The notes under the pieces: generated by a model
What the model saw: the letters and a program-made list of their open reading frames with translations, nothing else
Told to the model about the DNA's origin: nothing
Database searches by the model: none
DNA from: Dicyema japonicum
Taxonomy: Eukaryota; Animalia; Dicyemida
Reading direction: 5' to 3'
NCBI GenBank assembly: GCA_011109175.1
Contig: RDEW01000019.1
Span: forward strand, 955,064 to 990,690
DNA: 35,627 nucleotides
Translations under genes and position numbers: made by a program
Part shown: one piece after another, positions 1 through 12,470 of the stretch
Layout: each line of letters begins with the position of its first letter
Position numbering within the stretch: the stretch's first letter is position 1

Positions 1-1977
1 TTTTAAAGGGAAAAAGAATAATCCATTAAACTATGTAATATTATCATATTATTTTAGAAAATGGATTTGTGTCATATTATTGTTACTGGTAATGTCATAC
101 GATGGAGTCCTTACTTTGAATATTTGTTTTCCAATGATAAAAGTAAAGATTTATACATGTGGTATCATGGGAAAATGGCTGGAGGAAAGTCCCAAACAGT
201 GGACATTTTGAGAATGTATAAAATAGAAGGGAAAGCAATGTTTATGATAAGAGAGAGTGATTCAGTGGATTGTGGTTATACATTAAGTTTAATGTAATAT
301 AATTTGGTTATTTAAGAATGAATAATGAAGTTTACCACAGTCGAGTATTGTACAGTAATAAACAATACTATTTTACATCAAAACTATTATTTTCTTCATT
401 ATATGATCTTGTCAAGTACTATACCAACAATTCATTTATGTATTTATTATTTATTATTATTAGAATTAAAGGAATTAAATTTAAATTGAGTGATGGAGTT
501 CCACAATTGTGGAATCACTTATATGAGGAATGGTTCTATAATAATAAAGACAGAGAGTTTGCAGAAAGAGCATTAAATCTAATTCCTTATAAGGGAATGT
601 ACGTAGTATATAGTTGTCAAGAGACTGTTTATATTGCAGTAAGGTGATATTATGGTTACACTACAGAGATTCATTACGAATAATTCATTATTCATTAATT
701 AGAGATAATAATATGTATGTCATAGAAAACAACAAATTTTGGAGTGTAAAGAGTATTATTAGGTTTTACAAATATCACTTTATAAGTGATGGACTATTAT
801 TACGATATCCAATATGCAATCAGACATTGAAGGAATATTCTAAGGTTATTTTCATAAACATTATAGAATGTCACATTTTATTATAAGGGAGAATATATTG
901 TAGAGAATGTAGAGTTGGAGGTAGACAACTCATGGAATCACTTATTGGAGAAAAAAGAGTTAGAGGTGGACAGACGTCACTTTGATGAGAGAATGGAAGA
1001 AATAGAAGGAAGTATTCCATTAGAGAGTGTGAGTATTAGTAAGTTATTATATTTATTGAGATAAATTGAATGGTAATGGAGTAATGGTTGGAGATATGGA
1101 GTTTGTGTTTGTGAGTGGTGATATCGTTAATGAGTTTTGTAATGCTGTGTCAGATAGTAAAGTTATATTACATATAAATATATAAGAATCCAAAACGTAA
1201 GAATGTAAGACTAGTAAAAGAATTATCAGAATTAGTATACTATTCAACAGTCCCATTAGGGAGAATTCCACTACTTTATAATGAAATGCATTCTATTAAT
1301 GAAAATGTATTTGATAAGAATACATCACTAATATCACAGTATATTATAATTTATTTAAGAATAACTGATAAAACTCTTATACGAGTCTACCCAAAGTTCA
1401 GTCGATTTGACTCATCCAACATGGACCCTTATTCAGTATGGAAGAGTGGATGTCAACTCGTGGCTTTTAACTACCAACGAATGGACCGTGGAATGCAGGA
1501 GAATGTTGGACGTTTTAAGGACAACGGGGGTTGTGGATATGTTCTAAAACCTACTTTAAAAATTGGAGGGAATAGAAAAGACATAATGATTAGAGTAATT
1601 GTAAGCAATATGCGTAGTTGTTGGCCAGTCGTAGGTTTGACAGAGTTGGAATAGGATTGGTGTTTGAAATAGATGTGGTGGGAACTGGTCGTAAGTGTCG
1701 TTTTAAAGGGAAAGGTATTATTATATAATGTGTAGAAATCGATGGGTCTATTGAACTTTTTGAATCGGGAGTACTTTTTGAAGTTATTGATTCCGATTTG
1801 AGTTTGTTAAGAATAGTGGCATATGAGGAGGACATGTTTGGTGATGTTGGAGAAGTTGGACATTATTGCTGTCCTCTTAATTGTATTAGACATGGAGTGA
1901 GGAGTGTTCATTTGATTAAAGGATATGATCAATCTGATATCTGTATTTCTCTTCTTTTGGAAGTTGAAATTAATTAA
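1..1977 (+). CDS. PLCG: Phospholipase C-gamma, 3' part (split PH-nSH2-cSH2-degenerate SH3-split PH-Y box-C2); 5' end lies outside the window; 10 micro-introns
   Basis: Removing GT-AG introns 35-57, 294-316, 440-463, 644-666, 845-866, 1039-1060, 1162-1186, 1339-1359, 1595-1617 and 1715-1735 gives one ORF ending TAA at 1975-1977. Motifs: SH2 WYHGK..FMIRES; LRYPI; Y box ELSELVYY..RVYPKFSRFDSSNMDP..GCQLVAFNYQ..CGYVLKP; C2 LRIVAYEEDMFG..GVRSVHL..SLL. Confidence 0.9.
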
Positions 1978-2038
1978 AATTGTAATAATATTCGAGTTAT
2001 ATTTATTATTATAAGAAAGAGACAATTGTCGTCAAAGT

Positions 2039-2320
2039 CAGTAGTCCACAACCTTTTTGTTGTCGCGGACTGCTAAACCTTATACAATTTTACCGTTGCC
2101 CTGCGTTTAGTAATAGCAATGCGGGACATAATTACAACACTAGTCTCTAAACTTAAAGGTGTATTACTAATCTTATGAAAAGTGTAAAAACACACATAAA
2201 GAACCTTAAAACTGCCCATATATATGCAAACTATATTTCTAAACTGTATTTCTTGCTCGGCCTTGTACCAATTGGTCTACGGACCGGAACCACTCTGCGG
2301 CCAACGGTTGAGAACTATTG
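2039..2320. mobile_element. hAT (Charlie-like) MITE
   Basis: 15-bp imperfect TIRs: CAGTAGTCCACAACC (2039-2053) and the reverse complement CAATAGTTCTCAACC (2306-2320), 12/15 matching. 8-bp flanks GTCAAAGT and TTCTAAGT (6/8) look like a decayed TSD. No ORF. Confidence 0.6.
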
Positions 2321-3905
2321 TTCTAAGTGATAACGGTATCCATATCTATATCCCTTTTATAATCCTTTCTCACATTTTCAGCAATAGTGTTCAAGACTTC
2401 ATGTTTCATGACATTACTTCCTTTGTCTTATAACACTCCGAGGTAGCGATAACCATCATGTTACGATTTCCATACATCTCAGATTAGTGGCAGACTTCTC
2501 AAAACTCCTTTTAAGTCCAACCAATCTGAAATACTCAATCAATTTCATTGATCATCTTCGCTATTTTATCTTCCTTCTCAGTAAATATGTTTAGATCATA
2601 AATAAAAAGTAAGTGATTGATTACGTCATCAATGATGAATTACTTTGGGATATATACAATTTTGGAAATTTATTATTTAAAATCTTGCTTAAGGATCCGT
2701 GACTAAAACAAAAAGTTGGGGAGACAGAGTCTCCTTATAGTATTCCACGTTTCAATGCAACTGTCCCAATCCACTCCATGTTTAAGTTAAAGATTACTCT
2801 CCATTTGGTTTGATAAAGTCACGTGTCATATCCACTGGAGGATCTTCCACCCCAGTTATACATTTTCCGACAACGTTGAAAGATCTCTGACTTTCAGCTT
2901 TCTCCCATACGGTTTCCCAAAAAAGATAAAACTCATCTTTTCCCAGCATTACCGGTAAGACTTCGATAGAATCTCTTTCTGTTTCTCTCTTGAATGCTCT
3001 TCTTGATTGAGAATATTGATTCTTTTTTCCAGTACTCTAATTTTGTCAGTAATGAAACTAGTCTGATAATTTCTCCCTTTCGTGATTTCTTATATCAATA
3101 AGATGTGAATATATTACTCTTTCTTTATTCTCCTTACTCTCTTGGTCCTCAAAGTCACTAAGGATACACAGATTTTGCTTCAGTAAGGCTATTCTCTTTA
3201 CAGTATTCTCCTTCCATTTACTAGATGCTGGTGACTCCCACGTTAGAACGTCATATGCCCGTTGTCCTGCGTGGATAATGTCTGTTACTTGGTTAAGATC
3301 CTTGGGTCGTTGGGCAGCCATATAATTTGCAATGGCTGCCTTCAATGCAGTAAGCATATCGGTTCTCACTATCGTGAAAGGGATTTTCCGGGTCGGAGCC
3401 CTTGCATACCGTGGAATCATTTGATCAATTCTGAGTCTTCAACTCCTCCACACACTTTCCATATATTGAGATTTCTTTTGTAGGGCTATCAGGCACAATT
3501 TCCTTTGTGGGGAACTTCCCATCTTCAACATTATTCTTCTTAGGGATCCCTCAAGCAATTTTCTGACATTTGAAATGCTCTTTCTGATGGAAAACCTCTC
3601 ATTAAACGTGTCAGCAATGAGGAATCCTCCCAAATCTTGCTTTGTAAGAGCCAACAACTTCATTCGTCAACTGGCACTTGTCATTGTGACTAACACTGGC
3701 GATCACTGTCCTCAGAGGTAGTAAGTGGTCAGTATAGTCCGTTGTGGTCCACCACTAACCTCAGGTTGTTCATGCAGCCCTGAAGCCAGATGTCCTACTT
3801 CAGATCGTGTATTTTCCTCCATCAAATCAGTAGGAAGGCCAACAGGATTTGTTTCCGCATTTAAGAAAACAGACATACAACAACCACACCAGAGACACAC
3901 GTTTT
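2321..3905 (-). mobile_element. Degenerate RLE-type (R4/Dong-like) non-LTR retrotransposon, N-terminus plus RT remnants
   Basis: Broken frames give KRGIL*GDSVSP, IIDDV, GYRYLGV, ERNRKRFYRSL and SKWKENTVKRI; many stops and frameshifts. Confidence 0.7.
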
Positions 3906-4044
3906 TGTAAAACTCCGATAAAAGAATAGTAATAATGAGCAATTATAAATATGATAGAATTGATATAATTATTAAAAAAAATAAATTTTAAATGAAACAG
4001 GAAAGAATAAATATAAGTTTGTAATTATTTGCTCTTATGTCGTT

Positions 4045-5120
4045 CACCTTCACGTGCTAAGTAACAAAATTCTTGTATCTGACATGATTGTTGCCTCTAA
4101 AGACATAACATCAACGAAGCAACGAAAGATGTTCAGATCCACTTGAACACCTTTGAAGAGTGGCTTGGAGCAAATCACCTATCCCCCTCTCCATCGAAAT
4201 CCACCGTCACTGTATTCACGTCCAACCGCCGCCAACTAAATTTCCAACCAATTTTAACAATTCATGGACAACCACTCACCGTTACGAAACATCCCAAAAT
4301 ACTTGGAGTTATTTATGACCAACTACTAACTTTCTCTAAACATGTGGAGGAACAATGTACAAAGGTTTCTCACAAGATCAACATACTTAAAGCTGTGTCA
4401 GGTCATTCCTTTGGCCAAAGCAAAGAACCATCATAAACAATTCATTCGAACAACTATTAACTATGCAAGCCCTTGCTGGTCAACCTCTGCCTCTCTTACT
4501 TCTATTGACAAACTACAAAAAGTACAAAACATCGCGCTCAGGATAATTACTGGATGTCTCAGATCAACTCCTGTCGATCATCTATATTGGGAGTCAAAGA
4601 TCCTTCCAATTGGAGACCATCTGGAAATGAGAGCCCTGCATTTCCTACAGCCTATAACATCCCTGCCACTTTCTATGTAAACCGAAAAACAAAAGAAAAT
4701 TATTATGACAAGGAGTGACCTGTCTCGAATGCTATCATCCATTCCTTCCATCCCCAATGACAGGAGTCGTCTAAAACAGGTACACGATTATGTTTCTACG
4801 AGAACCATCCGAAGACTTGGTGATGATAAAATATCACTGCGACCCCCTCCTCCAATAGACCAATCAGAATCCTCTCTTTCAAGGGACGTGCGAGTAAACC
4901 TGGCTCATCTACGATGTAGGCACCACCCATATCTACCAGCTTATGATGTACTCTGCCCCTTTTGCAACCTCCACGTGCTGACAACAAATCATCTATTTCA
5001 ATGTCATGAATTGGCACAACATTTCTCCACAATGCCGGAACTGACCGATCTATGGGAGCGACCAACATCTGCTGCGTCTTACTTAATAACTCTTACAAGC
5101 TAGTAAGGCTGGGGTTACTT
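4045..5120 (+). mobile_element. 5'-truncated APE-type LINE (Ingi/Vingi/I-group-like), RT C-terminal half and 3' end
   Basis: KHPKILGVIYDQLLTF, KQFIRTTINYASPCW, KLQKVQNIALRIITG, LRCRHHP..CPFC..HLFQC..DLWERP; ends GCTGGGGTTA. Same family as 28745-32206. Confidence 0.85.
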
Positions 5121-5136
5121 AACTATAGCTGATCCT

Positions 5137-5615
5137 GTTGGTTGAGGTGGTGACGACGCCTTTATTCCACTATGTCTTATTTGTATCCCTTACCGACTTT
5201 TCCATTCACTCTGGGATCTTTCAATTGCAGAAGACTTAAACAACTTTGCAAGAAACGCCAACTGGTATGCGATCTAACAAAATATGACCTTTTTGTCTGC
5301 TGTCTACAAGAGACAAAAACGACCGTACAATGTACAGAACTGTTTGGGAAATTCCACCTTTTATCCTCTCATCGGCCTGCAGACATTGTGGTCTTGGATT
5401 TGCAGTCCACCAGGACCTGATTCACTACGTTACAAGGGTGTGGACAGCATCTAATATTATAATGGAAATGGCGGACGACCTGGACTACCTAAGAAAACTT
5501 GTGCGCAACAGAAAATCATGGTCGAAACTGACGGATAGGATGATTCGGAATACGGCACAAGGGAAACTTAACTAATTTTATGCTTTCTCGGGAGTGCTTT
5601 TTAATAATAATAATA
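5137..5615 (+). mobile_element. Non-autonomous, internally deleted RTE derivative (479 bp), complete
   Basis: 12-bp TSD ATAGCTGATCCT (5125-5136 and 5616-5627) and (TAA)n tail. The endonuclease N-terminus (GSFNCR..CCLQETK..GLGFAV) is fused directly to the RTE C-terminus (DDLDYLRKLVRNRKSW). Confidence 0.85.
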
Positions 5616-5649
5616 ATAGCTGATCCTTACTTGTTCAACTAGAGTCCTC

Positions 5650-6340
5650 ATTCAAGCATAGTAATCCAGAGGTTATTGTCTGATAAGGTGAGATCGGAGA
5701 CATAACTCGTCACTATAATCTTCATTTGGAATAAGAAATTGATCCATTTGAAAGCTGGCAAGGCATTTGGATGTCTCCATAGTAAAATGGATCCGATGAC
5801 TCTTCTAATAGGGAAAAAAAATCTTCACTCAAGTAGCTACATGGGACCATATGACAACATGCCGACAATACATAATGAGAGTTCTACTGAAACACATATG
5901 GATAATGAGATTAGTTAGTTTGGTTTTACCCTTGGTCTTTGGAGGTCTTTGGAATAATTTCATTAATTCATTTCTATAACAGAGACCATATTTCCTTAGA
6001 TAACTGTATGGAAATTCGGACTGTCAGCCATCCCTTTCAAGAATGTGTCTTTTCTTGGTTATTACGGATATCTTGTAAAAGAACGAGGATGTTTTTAGCT
6101 CCAAGGTTTTTTCAAGGTAGTGTCTCTCAATCTTTGTTTTGAGGATATCTTCGAGGGCTAGAGGGTGTTTCTATGCAATATATTCTAAAATATCTGCGAT
6201 TGGTGGAAGGATCTTGTCTTTATTAGAATAAGACTGTCATGGGACAAAACAGACAAAGTTTCGTAACCGTTTCGTCTAATTTTCCTTCTTCAACGTCATA
6301 TTCCTTTATTTCAAAAATTCCTGAAAGACTCCATTAGACA
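5650..6340 (-). mobile_element. Highly decayed R4-like RLE retrotransposon remnant
   Basis: Short residual similarity to the other R4-like copies (WLSYG segment, N-terminal KTRSFHQ segment); heavily disrupted. Confidence 0.4.
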
Positions 6341-6729
6341 TCGATCTATGATAATAGAACTTTATTATCGAAAAAATAAAATAATCAGACTAATTGCTAT
6401 GACCATTTTTATAGCAGTTAAAAATAAAAGTATGTGAAAGTTCTCTCCTGCATTAAACCCCTGGATGAATACATTAAAAATGAGATGTAACAAAAAGAAA
6501 GCATTACTTTTGTTGAAATCTATTGTAAAACGTCACAAAGCAAATAAATTTAACGTTGACTAGCTCATTAGAGTCAAATCAGAGTTAGAAGACTCCTTTT
6601 ATGATGCCAGAAGCTCATTTTAAAGACAACACCATTAGTGTGAACTCAATCATAGACTCTTGAATTGTCAATTCTATATGGGCAGTACAAAATTTTATTA
6701 ATTAATTTATTTAACAATAAAATATTATT

Positions 6730-6870
6730 TATTAACTATGGGAAAAAGCGGCTGCTGACATTAAGGAGTAAGCGTATCCGCGGACAACTGCAATCCCAAT
6801 TCGTTGCCTCAGCCAGACCGCTTTCCGCACGTCTTTCTTACGGTTCGCCAATTTCCCCCGATTTCCTTCA
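6730..6870 (-). mobile_element. CRE-like retrotransposon C-terminal remnant
   Basis: Minus frame WLRQRIGIAVVRGYAYSLM parallels LRQKIGITILRGNSLA at about 34360-34410. Confidence 0.45.
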
Positions 6871-6871
6871 G

Positions 6872-7190
6872 ATTGATTATCCTCGGATATACCGAGAAAG
6901 AAGTTAAAGTAAATAACTAATTAAGTGTATCCAGTTTCCACTTCTACAGGAACAGAGTCCATCCGGAATCAACATAAAGGTAAAAGACGTCCATACTTGC
7001 AGTTGTGGAAACCCCTACAGTAGAGTTGGGGAGCAAATGATCTTTTTTCGTGCCGGGCTGGTATTTGGCGCCACCTAAACAGGTGGATCACATGACGACA
7101 CTCTAATAGGAAGAGAGAAAGAACAGACGAACAAACAGAAACTTCAACCAATTAGCCACGAAGCACCACATGGCGCCACACGACAAAATT
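6872..7190 (-). mobile_element. SINE-like family A, copy 1
   Basis: Aligns over about 310 bp with 22360-22691, 28025-28290 and (inverted) 33755-34070. Confidence 0.8.
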
Positions 7191-7457
7191 TTGTGCATAA
7201 TCTGAGTCAGAAATGATTGGTACTTGGGGTAATATATGGCTGATCCGTACTCGTGGAGGGGTTATTCTTCATAATTGAATAGAGTAACCAGCACGTGAGC
7301 ATTTATAGAGATTAACAGTGCGATGACATGTGTCATCACCAGGCTTTCTAACTGAAAAACCCCAGGATTTGCTAAATTATTTAATTAAAAATTAATCTTT
7401 GGATAATATTTTGGGAGATTGTGTCATTAATCCATGTATTATTCACCAATGAATAAG

Positions 7458-7875
7458 CGCTGACATTCTGGCTCAACGAAATGTCTGATGACATCGGATC
7501 TGATTGCGTAGGTTCGAATCGAAAGACGGACTTATCAACAGAGGTTTATTCTTTTCAAATTGATCCCATCCGTCAGGTGACGATTCTCTCTCCACGACAC
7601 AGTTGTTGATAGAGATCATCCTACCTTTCACCCTGTCCAAATCCATTGGTGATGATATTCCATTATGAAAACTCTCCCGTTTAATGCTGAAGTGATGTCC
7701 GCGAGGGTAAAAAGTGCTACAAAATTGAAGAGGTCAGACCTACTTCTCAACCTCTCTTCAGAAGCGGGAGCCTGTAATGGAGACGTTCTCCCCTGGGTTC
7801 CTACTTGGATTAATTAGTTGTGATTGTTTATGCTGTTCTTACCAAAATTGTAATCATAAGGTTAATAAATAAAAT
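7458..7875 (+). mobile_element. tRNA-headed SINE family D, copy 1
   Basis: A box TGGCTCAACG (7469-7478) and B box GGTTCGAATC (7511-7520). Homologous to the inverted copy at 9443-9858. Ends GGTTAATAAATAAA. Confidence 0.7.
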
Positions 7876-8089
7876 AAATGACTGAAAATATATAGTTTGC
7901 TTGGGTACTTTTGGGTGTCGTTGTTGTTTACTGGGTTTAAAGTAACCTGTATGAGTGTCACCCGGATGTATACCATAATTTGTTTCTTGGGTACAAGATG
8001 GGATGGGAGTAGTGTTAGACGCTCTCTGAACTAGTTATAAAGCAAATAACGAGCGTGTAGCCTGCAGCACGTATTAGTGTGCGTTTTTG

Positions 8090-8960
8090 CTTCCAAGCAT
8101 ATATTTGTACCTGTGGTTGAAGAATGAAAGAAAACATGTCGAATTTACAAAACAGGTCTAACTGTGAGGAATTTATTCCAAGCATTGAACGAACAAGCAA
8201 TTTCCCTGCTTAATTACTATGTTGTGCTAGGACAAGAATGTTGAGGGAGAATCGAATCCATCTTTGGTTAGTTAACATATAATGGCTGTACATGCCTAGG
8301 TTTGTTAGATGAGTGTGGCATACTACGAAGTGATTCTTTAATTAAAAAAACCAACGTATAAAACCTTCATAGTTGCCTCTTTGATTCTTTATAAACTTCA
8401 AGTAAATTTGAATGTGTCTTCAATATGGTTTCACCATGGAAACATAAGCCCTCGGTCGGAAATGTTTATGATCTTCTATAAACTTGTTCTGTGGACATAG
8501 AGAGAAGTATTAGCATTATAAGAAAATGAGAACTGTAGAATATGTAACCACTAATGAGGCAGTATGCTGAACCATGATTATGTGTAGGCGTAATGAGATT
8601 GTGAGGTGTATTCACTTACTTTTGTCAAATATGAGATATTTCGGAAAGTTGATAACTCAAAGTGCAATCGATTGCTGGGAATACAAAAGTTTGATAAAGA
8701 CACATTAATCAAAACATCAGTCGGTTTGCATCACAATAAGCAAGATATTGTGATTTTTGATAAGTTATCGGGGTACATAACTATCATAGAAATTCTAACC
8801 AAGTACGTTTTACAAACAAAGAGGTGGAAAAGAAACGAAAGTAAACTTTTCTCGTAAACAAATTGGAGATAATTGATTCAAGTCCATATTATTCCTTGTG
8901 TGATGGATTGTATATTTACTAAATTTCAAGGGGTACTTGAAAGTGAATGGAAATATCCAT
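8090..8960 (+). mobile_element. Degenerate R4-like RLE retrotransposon, C-terminal part
   Basis: TVRNLFQALNEQAISLLNYY, RRNEIVRCIHLLL and IKTSVGLHHNKQDIVIFDK..ITIIEI across broken frames. Confidence 0.65.
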
Positions 8961-9442
8961 GCACACAAATAACTATCTTTAAAAGAACACTTGAGAGTGC
9001 GTCCCTGACGAACGATGTCTTATTGCGAAGCCTGAAATGAACACTTATCTCACTTTCAGAAAACGATAAACGCCATTCCTTTTAAGGATCATCTAATATA
9101 ATGTTAAGAGATTTTTGTCATGTTTCCAAGTATGAACCTATCTACTAATAAAACTAACAAAATGCACACTTTCGAGTTATATTGTGTTCCAATTAACTTG
9201 TTTTTTATCAAAAATACTCATGTGTCAGATTGCCTTAAAGAATTAAATTTTTTGGAAGACTAACGAGGATTTTGATAAAACATCAACACGGGAGACTGTT
9301 TAATATGGTTAAGAAAAATAATTCAGAGATGTCTAAATGAATTGGAATACCTTATGGTTGCATGTCTACAGAATTTCTTAACCACACAAATTAAAAAAAT
9401 CACATAAATTATTAATAACCACACTTTCTTATTATGGAATTA

Positions 9443-9858
9443 TTATTATTAACCCCAAGCTTACAGTGGTAATCACTGCACAAACAGTCACAACTAAATA
9501 ATCCAAGGAATGAACCAACGGGAGAACATTCATCTTCCAATATTTCATTACAGGCTTCCGTTTATGAAGAGAAGTGGAGAAGTAGGTCCGCCCTCTTCCA
9601 TTTTTGTTTCACGTCATACTGTCGCGGACACCACTTCATTTTTTACGGAATGGTTTTTATAATGCAATTTTCACCAGAGGAATTGGTTAGGGAGAAAGGT
9701 AGGAAGATCCCATTTAACTACTGTGCCGTGCCAGAAGGACTCGTCGTTTCACGGATGGGATCTGTTTGACAAGAATTGACCTTCGCTGAAAATGCCATCT
9801 TTCGGATTGGAACCTACGACCTTCAGATCCGATGTCATAGAGTTCAGTCAGAATGTGT
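9443..9858 (-). mobile_element. tRNA-headed SINE family D, copy 2
   Basis: Minus strand GACATCGGATCTGAAGGTCGTAGGTTCCAATC matches copy 1, as does the body (TTCTCCC..TTGGATTA.TTAGTTGTGA.TGTTT). Ends CTTGGGGTTAATAATAATAA. Confidence 0.7.
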
Positions 9859-10036
9859 TGATAATATAAGGGTTATCCTTGTGATAATATAAATTATATA
9901 AGGATTTTGTGATATAATTTAAATTAAAATGAGTCCTATTATTGGTTTAAACCACATTAATGAGAAAATGAATTGTTTCCAAATTAGGAATCGTTTTATA
10001 AGAATATAAATACATTTTATAATAATTTTAATAGCA

Positions 10037-11213
<1,177 letters not shown>

Positions 11214-11329
11214 CTTTAATTATTTAATTTATTGTCTTTAATTTAAAATAATATATTTTTAGACATAAAATAAACTTCAAATCATTCAACCAGGAAACAT
11301 TTAATTGGAAAAATCTTTGATTCAAAAAC

Positions 11330-11600
11330 GGTTGGCCAATTTTTTATCTGGAAGACGTGGGAGTTATCTGTGGACACCCACTAACCCTTTCACTGTTCCA
11401 CGCAAAAGAAAATCGGTTGGCTAAGAAAATTTCCCTCCCCAATCGGCTTCTTCTGCAAGGATCAAAGAAAGCATTTCCGTTCGACAGTGGGAGCAATGGA
11501 TACGCACAGGTTTCGGATGGCATGCTTGATTGCGGGAACTGGGATCACCTATCTAGTTGACTTTACTTTTGTTTTTTTTCTCGGTGATCCCGGGTTAAAA
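11330..11600 (+). mobile_element. 3' end of an APE-type LINE with terminal stem-loop
   Basis: Ends CTGGGATCAC-(U-rich loop)-GTGATCCCGGGTTAAAAAATAA, homologous to 27274-27340 and 17266-17340. Confidence 0.55.
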
Positions 11601-12470
11601 AATAATTAATAAATAACCAGGTCAATGTTCCTCCTTGAGTATACACAAGACTGTGATGACCAGGATAGCGGACACGAGATGAGTCATGTTTCTCATATCC
11701 ATGGACCTCTTGGGGACCGTACATATCTTTGACAAATATGAGAAAGATTAATGAAATGCAAAGAGGGCTTTTAAAGTAACGAAACATTGGATTTGTGGAG
11801 ATCACTAAACCAGACCAACTTGAGACCCATATGAAACTAGACTCCACAATGCGGTTCCGTAAATTCAGTCAGCCGTCCTTTACGATCGTGCTTGGGGACG
11901 AGGGAGAAACACCAGGCAAAGATGAAGTCGCTGTTGGAACGCATCGGGGACACGTGATAATTAGTTTGGCTTTAATGTGGTCTTGGGTTGTTAAATATTA
12001 TCCCCGAGATTTCGAATATAGGGTACTTTCCCGATCAATAGCGTATCTTTATAGTCATTAACATGGGATAAGGGTAAATATATTTTTTAAATAAAAGAAG
12101 ATCTTAAAACTCACAATGAGGTAGGATTTTCAGTATCCTAAAAACGAATACAAGGAAGAGCTATTTCATGATCATCTACCTATATTCCTGTAGGGGCCAT
12201 CAGAACCAGAATCAATGACTAATGTCGGTCATTGAATTAATGACTAATTTTTTTGGAATTTCTAAAAAATCTTTGTTATGAAGAGGTAATTGAAAACTCG
12301 ATATCATTGATAACGGTTGTATTCAATAATTTTACAGACAATTTTCATGTTACATTACCCCATAATCGACGTTTTTTAATCCAATTGAGAATTTATTATC
12401 ACGTGGAAAAACTAAGTATTTTCCGGAGGAGGTCTTCAAAATGAGAAAATAAAAAAAAGTTTGTTTTTAT

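Noticed and set aside
12000-12260. Minus-strand LILVLMAPTGI and GD..QP resembling PIF1/Helitron helicase motifs; LVIDSG resembling an actin-like motif
   Set aside because: Isolated short matches among many stops; no other motifs in the right order.
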